This document shows, piece after piece, positions 35,151-44,800 of a stretch of 58,206 nucleotides of DNA (the stretch's first letter is position 1; each line of letters begins with the position of its first letter). A model generated the notes under the pieces. It did no database searches, had not been told where the DNA came from, and was given only the letters and a program-made list of their open reading frames with translations. Location: contig JALAGF010002173.1 in the NCBI GenBank assembly GCA_030167865.1, positions 1-58,206 on the forward strand, given 5' to 3'. The DNA comes from Craspedostauros australis. Lineage: Eukaryota. Both the position numbers and the translations under genes were made by a program.

Positions 35151-36968
35151 ATGTTCACAATGCAGAGGATCTTCTCAACTCTTTTAGTGGCGGTTGCCTT
35201 CTGTTGTGTCGTCATCACCAACAACAACGGTTTTGCCGCCGCTGTCGACGATGTCTACGATGCTGGCTCTGCCGTTGCTGGTCACCAGTGCAAACTGCTC
35301 ACCAGCAATGCGGGGCACAGTGGTACGGGCTACTGCGACTTCCAAGGCCAGGACGACTGGATCGAGTGGATGCTGGACATCGAAGAGGACGGTGTCTACG
35401 ATCTCATCGTCCGATACTCGTCAGCGAATGCGCGTCCCTTGGACGTCATTGTCAACGGCGAAGTGAGGGGCGAGCTCGAAATCGAGGCCACCTACTCGTG
35501 GACCAACTGGCTGGAGGAGGCCTTCGTCACCGATCTTGAGGCGGGCAGGAACATCATACGTCTCTTCGCACGCCGCAGCGTCGGACCCAACATCGACTGG
35601 CTCCGGGTGCGCAAGATAGGTGAGAGCACCACCACCACCACCACCACCACAACAACAACAACAACAGCCGCAACGACTACCGCACCGCCACAAACCACCA
35701 CAACTACCACGCCGACCACAACGCAACCAGGCAACGAGCACCCAGGCCTCATAACGTTCGACACGTCCACGGTCCTCAAGTCAGGGACCTTCTTGAAGAA
35801 GGGACAGTTTGTCAAATCGCCAAACGGCCGCTACAGCGCTGGCATGGAACCAAACTCAGGAGACTTCGTCTTCAAAGACCGCAACACCGTGGTTTGGCGA
35901 GCCAACACCAACGGGGGGCATCGACTCTACCTCCAGTCCGACGGAAATCTCGTCCTTCGCGACGTGCACCTCAAGGCGCTCTGGGTCAGCAATACCCACC
36001 GATACGCCGGTGGCATCTTGGTCGTCGACGATGGTGGTCAGACCGCTATCTTGAAGGATGGCGGGTACGCATGGCTCATCGGCAAACCACGCGGCGTCTA
36101 CGCCGGCCCGCCATCGGATGACATGCAGCTCAAGCCCCTCGATGCGCCCGTCCGAGCTGCCTTCTACTACCCGTGGTTCCCAGAAACATGGACGGTCGGC
36201 GGTGAGACCGTCAGATTCGTTCCGGATCTCGGTCTCTACAACAGCGGCAACCCCGCCGTCGTGAAGAATCACATCGATGCTCTCGAGTACGCTCACGTCG
36301 ACCTGGGCATCGCATCGTGGTGGGGACCTGACACCAACAAGGAACGCGCCCGCATCTCCATGCTCATGGACGAGACCATCCGACAGGGCAGCGACATGAA
36401 GTGGACCGTCTACTACGAGGATGAATTTGGCCACAATTACTCGGCGCAACAGATTCGTAGGGATCTGGACTATCTCAAGAAGTGGTTCGCATGGCACCCG
36501 ACCTGGGCTCACATTGATGACAAGCCCGTCATCTTTGTCTACAACGAGGACAACAAGGACTGCGATGTCATCGACCGATGGAACGCGGCCGCTGGTGATG
36601 ACTGGTACGTCGTGCTCAAGATCGTCACTAACTCTGATGAGTGCAACAACGAACCAGATTCGTGGCATCAGTACGGCCCGGCCTTTGCGGAGGTGGAGAG
36701 TGACTGGTCCTTCGGTGTCTCGCCGGGATTCTGGCAGGCCAACATCGCCGATCCAAGGCTCGACCGCGTGGACCCAGCAGTCTTCGAACAGAATGTCATC
36801 AACATGATCTCCAAGACCCACGTCCAGTGGCATCTCATCACCACCTTCAACGAAGCCGGCGAGGGAACGCATGTCGAGTCCTGCCCCGAGTGGAGCAGCG
36901 CATCTGGATACGGCGAGTACCTCGACGCCCTGCATCGGCATCCCGAGTCGTCTCGGAGGCTTGCCTGA
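35151..36968 (+). CDS. Secreted modular glycoside hydrolase: signal peptide, CBM6/35-like module, Thr-rich linker, bulb-type (B) lectin, GH99/GH71-like catalytic domain, 605 aa
   Basis: Hydrophobic signal MFTMQRIFSTLLVAVAFCCVVI. CBM-like segment GHSGTGYCDF..WIEW..GVYDLIVRYS..TYSWTNW..GRNIIRL..GPNIDWL, then poly-Thr. B-lectin segments VVWRANT, LYLQSDGNLVL and ALWVSNT. GH99-like motifs FYYPWF, IASWWG, KPVIFVY, VSPGF and ITTFNEAGEGT. Confidence 0.85.
   Translation: MFTMQRIFSTLLVAVAFCCVVITNNNGFAAAVDDVYDAGSAVAGHQCKLLTSNAGHSGTGYCDFQGQDDWIEWMLDIEEDGVYDLIVRYSSANARPLDVIVNGEVRGELEIEATYSWTNWLEEAFVTDLEAGRNIIRLFARRSVGPNIDWLRVRKIGESTTTTTTTTTTTTTAATTTAPPQTTTTTTPTTTQPGNEHPGLITFDTSTVLKSGTFLKKGQFVKSPNGRYSAGMEPNSGDFVFKDRNTVVWRANTNGGHRLYLQSDGNLVLRDVHLKALWVSNTHRYAGGILVVDDGGQTAILKDGGYAWLIGKPRGVYAGPPSDDMQLKPLDAPVRAAFYYPWFPETWTVGGETVRFVPDLGLYNSGNPAVVKNHIDALEYAHVDLGIASWWGPDTNKERARISMLMDETIRQGSDMKWTVYYEDEFGHNYSAQQIRRDLDYLKKWFAWHPTWAHIDDKPVIFVYNEDNKDCDVIDRWNAAAGDDWYVVLKIVTNSDECNNEPDSWHQYGPAFAEVESDWSFGVSPGFWQANIADPRLDRVDPAVFEQNVINMISKTHVQWHLITTFNEAGEGTHVESCPEWSSASGYGEYLDALHRHPESSRRLA
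35627..35727 (+). repeat. (ACC)n/(ACA)n coding repeat encoding a Thr-rich linker
   Basis: Runs of accaccacc then acaacaaca encode TTTTTTTTTTTTTTAATTTAPPQTTTTTTPTTTQ between the CBM-like and lectin modules. Confidence 0.9.
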
Positions 36969-37969
36969 AGACCAATGCACGAATAACAGCGATGACGACA
37001 AACGCGCATCACCTGCGACCACGCGTCACGAGCAAAGTCATGGCATCGTTCCATGCACGACGACCTGCCTTCTCTTTTGGGCGATCCTTTGAGATTGGCA
37101 CGTATGCATGCGGCGCTTCCACGCGCAACATGCATGAATGCTCTACTCCATCAGAGTACAGCGTACCCCTTTTGGCAGTGTTAACCTACCATCCACAAAA
37201 AATGAGGTGAGGAAAGATGCAAGGGCTGTGATCCACGACGGATCGCCTGCACTTTCCACTTGAGCACCACCGCAATTACCACAATTGAATGAGAGCCGGA
37301 TCTCATGGACGTCCAAGAGTCCACAGAGTCCGTCTCAATGTGATGAAACGTCCGTCCCGATCGGACGAACGAAATGAAAGAATGAATGAGGCAATAGCCA
37401 ATTCGATCAACCCTGCCCGCAGAAGCGCGGCAGACGCATCGCTGATGCGCAAGGTTGATCCTCCACCACACCCAGACATGCACTCGTATGTACCGGTTTA
37501 TCCCACATGTACCATACTCAAACATACGCTCGCACGTACTGTATGTAAATTCTTAACGCATTAGCAATAAACTTTTGAAATCAAGTCAAGTCAAAGAATG
37601 ATGGAAAGCACCGCGCGAAAAAGTGAAGAGATTGACATCAAACACTCTTGTCTCGCGGTTTCTAAACACGCTGGACGGGATCTATCGTATCCATTGGCGC
37701 GAGTCTGAAGAGCCTAGAGAATGGTCTTGCCGTCATCCGTTTGTTGACGTCAGACAGCCATCACGTATCTTTTCTTTGGTGGCGCCTCGCCCACGAGTAT
37801 TCCGACAATCCACCACCATACCCACCAACAGAGTTGTCGTAGAGCATGGAGAGGATTGCAACCTCCGACGACATCTCCACCCTCGGACTGCTGGCACCTA
37901 CCATACGAATACTCACATAAAATCCACTCACACCCAAAGACAACGCACCTCGACGGTTGGATAAGCAGA

Positions 37970-39724
37970 ATGGTACCGCTCACCAAGATGGCACTGTCGG
38001 CGCTCCTGCTGACGTGGGGCAGCCAGCAGATCGATGCATGGTCACCGTCTGCATTCGTTCGACAGCAACAACAACAAAAGCAGCAGCAGCCGCAACTCGC
38101 ATTCGCGACGCATCGGCGACTTCGCACGACGTTGGAAGTGGCCACCAGCACGGAATCCGCAGCAACCAGCAACCAGAATGTTGACCTCATGCTGTACAAC
38201 TCCAAAACTCGAACGAAGGAACGATTGGAGCCCTTGACGCCGAACAAAGTCACCATGTACACCTGCGGACCCACGGTGTACGATTTCGCGCACGTTGGCA
38301 ACTTCCGCGCCTTCCTCACGTACGATCTCGTCAAGCGGGCGCTGCTGTATTTTGGATACAACGTGCGACACGTCTGCAACATCACCGATGTGGACGACAA
38401 GATCATCAATCGTGCCAACGAGCGATCCATTACGGACATCACGGATCTGACGATCAAATTTGAGAATCTTTTCATGGAGGATCTCAAGGCGCTCAACATC
38501 ATCCCGGCGGAGCTCTATCCACGGGCGACGGAGCACATCGAGGAGATGATGAAGATGATCCTCCAGCTGCGAGACAACGGCCTTGCCTACGAGACCGAGG
38601 ATGGATCATGGTACTTCGCCACCGACAAGAAGGAAGGCTACGGTCAGCAGCTCGTGAACATCAACTGGGACGAGATGGAATCGACAGAGCGCGGTGAGAA
38701 TGATCTCAAACGCAACGAGAACGACTTTTGCTTGTGGAAGGCCTACAAACCGGGCATCGATCGAGATGACTCATCGTGGCAATCGGATGAAATCCAGAAG
38801 GGCAGGCCCGGATGGCACTTGGAATGTTCCGCCATGGCGCGCAAGTACCTGGGTGAAACGATTGACATTCACTGCGGTGGCGTCGATCTCAAGTTCCCGC
38901 ATCACGAAAACGAAATCGCCCAAAGCGAAGGCGCCAACGGCCAGCCATTCTGCGAGTGCTGGCTTCACAACGGTTTTGTCAACATCAACGATGAAAAGAT
39001 GTCCAAGTCGCTTGGCAACTTCTTGACGTTGAGGAACGCCTGTCCCAACAATGCGCAGGTCCGGGCCTACCGGTATTTGGTCATCGCATCGCAGTACCGC
39101 AACCCGCTCAGTTTCACGCCCAAGGCCATGGAGGCAGCTGAGAATGCGCTCAAGCGGATCGACAAGGTCGTCGGTCAGATATCGGCAGCGTTGGAGGCAG
39201 ATGTTGGCGAGCCATCAACCGAATCCAGCAGCGGCGATGGCGATGGCGGCGACCAATCCGTCATTGCCACACAAGATGTCCCAAAAGCCATCCAGAATTT
39301 CGAAGCGGCGCTCCTGGACGATCTGAGCATGCCGCGCGCATCTGCGGCGATGTTCGGACTGGTCAAGTTGGCGGAGACCGAATTCAAGCGCGTGGCGAAA
39401 GCAGCGAAGTCCAACGAAGATGCCTCGTTGGACATCGCCGGTCTGGAAGCCATCCAGCAGGCCTTGCAGCAGCTGGATAAAGTATTCGGCATATTTTACG
39501 ACGTGCCGTCAACACACAATGGAGACTCATCAGACGGCGACAACGACGGCAACGAAGATGACGGCGTTGTGCCGGATTCCATCATGGAGATGGTGAAAGC
39601 TCGAGTTTCGGCAAAGGAAAGCAAGGATTGGGCACTGGCGGATTCGTTGCGAACTCAGGTGCTGGAAGAAGGCTATGCCATCAAGGATGTCAAGGGCGGG
39701 GATCCGATCGTATCTAAAGCATAG
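37970..39724 (+). CDS. cysS: Cysteinyl-tRNA synthetase, organellar (bacterial-type), 584 aa, intronless
   Basis: MYTCGPTVYDFAHVGNFR (HIGH-like), NITDVDDKII, PRATEHI, DFCLWK, GRPGWHLECSAM, DIHCGGVDLKFPHHENEIAQ, KMSKSLGNF, and the anticodon domain KDWALADSLR. The presequence has a signal peptide ending IDA|WSP (aromatic at +1), suggesting plastid targeting. Confidence 0.96.
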   Translation: MVPLTKMALSALLLTWGSQQIDAWSPSAFVRQQQQQKQQQPQLAFATHRRLRTTLEVATSTESAATSNQNVDLMLYNSKTRTKERLEPLTPNKVTMYTCGPTVYDFAHVGNFRAFLTYDLVKRALLYFGYNVRHVCNITDVDDKIINRANERSITDITDLTIKFENLFMEDLKALNIIPAELYPRATEHIEEMMKMILQLRDNGLAYETEDGSWYFATDKKEGYGQQLVNINWDEMESTERGENDLKRNENDFCLWKAYKPGIDRDDSSWQSDEIQKGRPGWHLECSAMARKYLGETIDIHCGGVDLKFPHHENEIAQSEGANGQPFCECWLHNGFVNINDEKMSKSLGNFLTLRNACPNNAQVRAYRYLVIASQYRNPLSFTPKAMEAAENALKRIDKVVGQISAALEADVGEPSTESSSGDGDGGDQSVIATQDVPKAIQNFEAALLDDLSMPRASAAMFGLVKLAETEFKRVAKAAKSNEDASLDIAGLEAIQQALQQLDKVFGIFYDVPSTHNGDSSDGDNDGNEDDGVVPDSIMEMVKARVSAKESKDWALADSLRTQVLEEGYAIKDVKGGDPIVSKA

Positions 39725-39979
39725 AAATTATGATATGCAAGTATAATGCCATGCTGGAGCAAGTGACGATGGGTTCTGAGCAGAACCACCTTCGTGCTGT
39801 ATCGTACAATTGCGCTTCATCTCTCCACTAGAGTGTAGAGTACGCACGAGTACCGCTCCAGAGTTGGAATTTCCTCCATCAACGTCGCCGCTCGTGCGTT
39901 CGGACGGGTGTCTTGGACATGGCTGTGGTGCTTGTTGCTGTACGAGTACCTACGTACTCTACTATTCGTAGTATGAGTA

Positions 39980-41299
39980 CTATTTAGCGACGATGAAGCA
40001 GGAATTTCGTGGAAGGATAGTCTTCACCGAGTGGTTCACCATGTGATGGAAGCCTGCCTTGTCCATCCATTTCTTCGCCAGCGTTGGTGGGAATCCGCAG
40101 ACACCGAGCGCCGCTCCATCCTTCGTTGACGAGGAGCATGCCAAGCATAGGAAGCACGAGAATCCGTACATGGTGGCGGCTGAAGGGTTCTCCAGATTCG
40201 CAATCTCATCATCGCTGCAGTCGATGTCCACGATGACCCAGCAGCCCCTGTCCGAAAGTCGGTGGTAGACATCCCGAATGAGAGCCTTGGGATTCGTCAT
40301 ATCGTGCACCACATCGTGTGCGTAGACAAAGTCAAAGACATTCTTCTCCTTCTCTACTTCGCCAGAAGGGCAGGGGCCATCACCCACGGTGCGCTCCGCC
40401 ACGTCGCAGATTGTGATGTTACTGATACCCTCCTCCTGGATGCGACGTTGGAAGATTCCGATGGCGCGCTCAGAAGATTCGTAGGCGAAGACATGCGCGT
40501 GGGGAAAACGCTTTGCCAAGGCAATGCTGGATGCTCCACAGCCACAACCAACGTCAGCGATGCGCACGGGTCCTGCAGTAGTGGAGGATAGCATTTGCAA
40601 CAGCGGCACACCTGTGGATGGAATGATGATCGTCGACAGAACATCATCCACCAGACTATGGGTGAACCAGTTTCTGTTCTTTCTGTCCATGGCGACGACG
40701 ATATCATCGGCATGATTCTCAGCCCAGTCGTAGTCCACTCCGACACCCGATTGAATGGCCTTCACCACAGCATCCGATCGATTGAGGAGAGGCAGCAGGA
40801 GCTGGAACATCCCGGCCAAACTCATGCGCTCCTCCGAGGGCTGCCTCAAGAACGGCGCGTAGTCTGGATTGAGAGAGAACTCTAGCTCCTTCGTTCCACC
40901 ATCCTGCTTGTGATAGCTGCAGATGCCCGCGCTTGCGGCTTGCATGAGAAATTCCCGCACCCATCGAGCCGACCAGCCGTTCTGGGTCGCCAGTTCCGTC
41001 GCAGAAGTCCGTTTGGCATTATGCAGCTTCTCGTAAATGCCGAGCTTGTCTCCTGCGCGGATGAGCGCCCCCGAAAATGAATACTGCACTATCTTCCACA
41101 GATGGGCTTCGGCATCGAGCGGTGGCGAAGGTTCAGGCTCAGGCTTGTCCGTGGTGGTCGAACGATCTCGATACCTCGCAACAAGACTGCCGAGTGCCAA
41201 TGTCATCGCAGACCCCGCGAGAAAACCCAGAGTTGCAGGCAGAGCGAATGATGAATTCAGCGTGAGCGGCGAGGCCGATGGCGACGAAGATGATGACAT
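39980..41299 (-). CDS. Class I SAM-dependent methyltransferase, Rv2258c-like (winged helix + MTase), with N-terminal hydrophobic anchor, 439 aa
   Basis: Winged-helix segment GDKLGIYEKL..SATELA..RWVREFL..ASAGI; motif I IADVGCGCG; FDFVYAHDVVHDMTNP; AATMYGFSCFLCL..GAALG..AGF. N-terminal segment FALPATLGFLAGSAMTLALGSLV is hydrophobic. Confidence 0.88.
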   Translation of the reverse strand: MSSSSSPSASPLTLNSSFALPATLGFLAGSAMTLALGSLVARYRDRSTTTDKPEPEPSPPLDAEAHLWKIVQYSFSGALIRAGDKLGIYEKLHNAKRTSATELATQNGWSARWVREFLMQAASAGICSYHKQDGGTKELEFSLNPDYAPFLRQPSEERMSLAGMFQLLLPLLNRSDAVVKAIQSGVGVDYDWAENHADDIVVAMDRKNRNWFTHSLVDDVLSTIIIPSTGVPLLQMLSSTTAGPVRIADVGCGCGASSIALAKRFPHAHVFAYESSERAIGIFQRRIQEEGISNITICDVAERTVGDGPCPSGEVEKEKNVFDFVYAHDVVHDMTNPKALIRDVYHRLSDRGCWVIVDIDCSDDEIANLENPSAATMYGFSCFLCLACSSSTKDGAALGVCGFPPTLAKKWMDKAGFHHMVNHSVKTILPRNSCFIVAK

Positions 41300-41821
41300 C
41301 TTTTGGAAAGCAATGCGGATGTATACGTATTCACCAGCGCGGAACGGGACGCACTGAACCGATACAGCAACGTAACTTTTTGTGGATCTGCGGTTGCCGA
41401 TCAGCCGTGCAACGACCTTTGAGTGGAAGACGTGAAGTGCTCGTATGCCTCGACTCGTAGAGAGAGGGAGAGAGAGCCGAGCCTGGTGTGTAAGTGGGGC
41501 AGTGAATGGGTGGGCGCTGTCGAACACTCGTACGGCTGCTCGTGGCCGCGCTCATTCTGCTGTGACGACTCCAGTAGGGGGAGAAATGGGTGATGTCTGT
41601 TCGAACAGTGGCCAAAAGGTATCCTTTTCTCTGACACAATGTCCACAAAGCGAACCTCGACAAGTTCGAACACATTGTTGGAATTCCAACGAACAAGCTA
41701 GAGATTCTAACCAAAGAGTAGAGAAGAAGAATTGCGCAGACCCATGCGGGAAGCAATTGAGTAAGGCTGGTATGCTCTGCTCTAATACGACTATTACTAG
41801 TATACATGTCTATCACTCTCC

Positions 41822-44800
41822 CTAAGGGTTTGGATTGCTTTGTTTCACGGCTTGGATTCTGGCGCGGAGGGCAGCTGCACGGCTGCTCGCGTTCATCGCT
41901 CCGCCCGTTGCCGTGGGTGCGGGAATAGCTGCCGACCTCATGTCGGAATCGGTGGGGTCTCTCATCACTTCGCTCTCCTCAGGTGGATTGGATGCGCTGT
42001 CGCCACCTGCTGTTGCGAATCCTCCTGTGCGTCTTTCCTGGGCTGCTGCGAGCCGCTCTCGGAATGCTCGAAGCGTCCTATTGGGAGCATCCTCGCCAGA
42101 AGCTGGGGCTTGCTGCGGCACAGGCGGCGATGGCGCCGACGGTACACGAGACAAAGGTGAAGCTTGGTTCATGCCTGAGGAGGGGCTAGGAAACGACTGT
42201 TGCTGTGCTTGGATTTGGAATTGGGGCTGCGACAATGTTGGTTCGGGCTCAGCCGTGGACTGCATCACCGCTTCGGTGGCTGACAGTTTCGACCTCAGAT
42301 TCTTCAGACGTTCCGACATCGATCCTGCCGTGTGCTTGCTCGCGCCATCGCCCGATGACGTCCCTTGCTGGGGTGCGTTGGAAAGCTGGTCCAGTATGAA
42401 CTGGCGGAATGCCGATGACACTCCCTGCAAATGCGCCGTTAGCTCGATCTCTCCATGCACCTCCTTGTACCTGCGCAGCGCGCCAACCGCCTCGTCACGT
42501 TCTGCTCCCGCAGCGGCGCTTCCCACAGCCGAGACGAGGGTGGCGATGTCGACCGATGGGGTTCTTGCGCCACCCGCGCGTGGCGATGGTGCTGGGGGCG
42601 GCGCCATGTTGAGCTCAGCAGCGCAGTTGGACATCAACCGTCCCAAGGACGAAGTCACGGGATCGATGCCCACATCTTCCATCGACGACTTCAGCGTGAC
42701 TGTTCCACCTTTCGCTTGAAGGATGGCAACAAGGAGGGTCTTGATGTTCTGCGTGACAGCTGCGACTCCATCGGCGAATGCTGGATCCATCTCCACCTTA
42801 TCGCATCTCGCGAGCGTGTCCTCGAGGCAACAAAGAACTGTCTCCATGTCCACAGCAAGCGACGAGAACGGGATGCTCGCGCTCTCCTCCGCCTTGATGA
42901 CTCTCGCAAACAACTTACTGACAACTCGCGATAGTCTGCTGTTGAAGACGACGTTCGTATTGTCCTCGGAAGGATGCAACCGAAGCTGGACCTGGAGAGA
43001 GAGCAGCGCCTGGATGGACGAGTCCCGTGTTGATCCTGTCGCCGCCTGAACCGCTAGTTTGTTGATGGCACGCACGAGCTGTGTGCTGGTTGCATCGTCA
43101 AGGCGTTCCACATCGGTCAGCTGCGACGGACTGGCAAGCCGTGGATCCAAAAGTGCCTTTCCTGCTTCCCGAATCAGCATCGCGAGCTGATCTTGGTGCA
43201 CCTGCTTCGACGTGTCTTCAGCCCTGAAGATTGCCATGAGACAGGCCAGGTCGACCGACAGCAGCGGCACAGACATGCCGGCAGAGCAAACATGCTGGTG
43301 GCATTGGAAGCCGAAATCGATGAGGGAGGTAAGCCCCGCGACGGTGTCGTTGGTGTTGACGATAATGGCGTCCCTCAAGTAGGCGATTTCTTGCGAGTCG
43401 ACGTTGGAAACGAGGTTGGGCTGGGAGGATATCGCTGCGTGGATTGCCTTCAAGGACTCGGTACAAGACACGAGATCGTCATCGTCTTCGGCCAGAGGAG
43501 TTTCCTTCTGCACTAGGCGGTTGATCGATGCCATCACATCATCGAAAAGGGTTCGGTTGTAGCCATGGTAGACGGCATAAGACGCATGTTGCCCTTCAGA
43601 CACGAGGTCTGATCCATCCCCAGTCATGGCATCCTGTACGTTATCGGTGATGTTAGGATGCATGCTTGATGCATGCCCTGCTTCCCTCTGAAGTGCGCCA
43701 CCGTCAGAGGCACCCCCGGACGTCGCCAAGGAGCCACCATTCGGGTCATTGTGTGTTGGAGGTTGCGACGGTGTTTCTGTGCTCTGTTTATGCTCGCTTC
43801 GGGGGATAGGGGGTGCGGTCTTGTTGCGCTCGCGGATCTTGAGCAGTCTCGCACGCAATGAGGCTGCAGCACCCGCAGCTTCAGGTGGCATGTTGCCCTT
43901 GCTCGCTGCCAAGGTGGCCTTGGCAGAAACTCGTGCTGTCCCTGATGGCATGAGATTCGATTTCAAGCTATCCAGCGTTGACACGAGAACCCCGGTCCTG
44001 CTTGTGCGGGTTTCGCTATCCCAAGACGCGGGGTTGGATAATTGTGCCGTTGCCCTGTCGGGTGTTGAGTGTCCTATGCCATGATGGTCATTGTGAGACT
44101 GACCGCCCATCGCGGCGTTTGCCTTGCTGTCCACCCCTCCGCGATAGCCTTCGGGTGCACTTTCATGATGGGAATCAAAGGCCGCCGGTACAGGTGCTGC
44201 TGCGCCCGTCAACTCGTAGTCTTGATCATCTCGATGTCTTGCTCTTGGTGAAGCCCTTGGCGACGCTCTCGGGATTCCCGTGCCTCGCTTGCTAAAGCGC
44301 AAGTCAAGAGACGGGAGCTCATCGCCGAAAGATCCCGTCGCACCGTCCTTGAATTGCTGTTTTTCCGGAGATCTTTGCACAGGTCTTGCGATGTTGGTCT
44401 TCGCGATTTTGGATGCCGTTGCAGGCGGCGCCGCCAGACGAGACACACGCCGTGTTGACGACGCTGCGGTGGTGGATGCCATTCCGCTACCACCGGCAAC
44501 CGAGGCACCCCCAAGAGGTCGTGATGGCTTCGACATCTTCGATGCAGGCCTTGAAGTGTCGGCCGCTGCATGCGCCGACGTAGTGGATGCTTTCTTGAGC
44601 TGTTCTTCGATCAAATTCCTTGCCTTGTCGCTTAAATTCGGACCACAAATCCGAGCAAAGCGTTGCATGTCGTCGTTCATTCTGGAGAGCAAGATAATGA
44701 CGAGGTCAAGGAGCGCATGGCGGTTGTCTGGTAGCTTTTCTTCAGAGAGCGATTTCGACACGACCAGCACCCCCTTCTTTCCAATTCCGCTGAGACCAAT

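Noticed and set aside
35856-37022. 388-aa antisense ORF (and similar ones at 2212-3051, 5327-6307, 24448-25254, 37750-38502)
   Set aside because: These are shadow ORFs opposite well-supported genes, explained by codon bias that leaves few antisense stops. They have no recognisable motifs.
24325-39724. Functional cluster of organellar translation genes (uL4m, MAP1, CysRS)
   Set aside because: They are interspersed with unrelated genes, target different organelles, and such genes are common enough to co-occur by chance.
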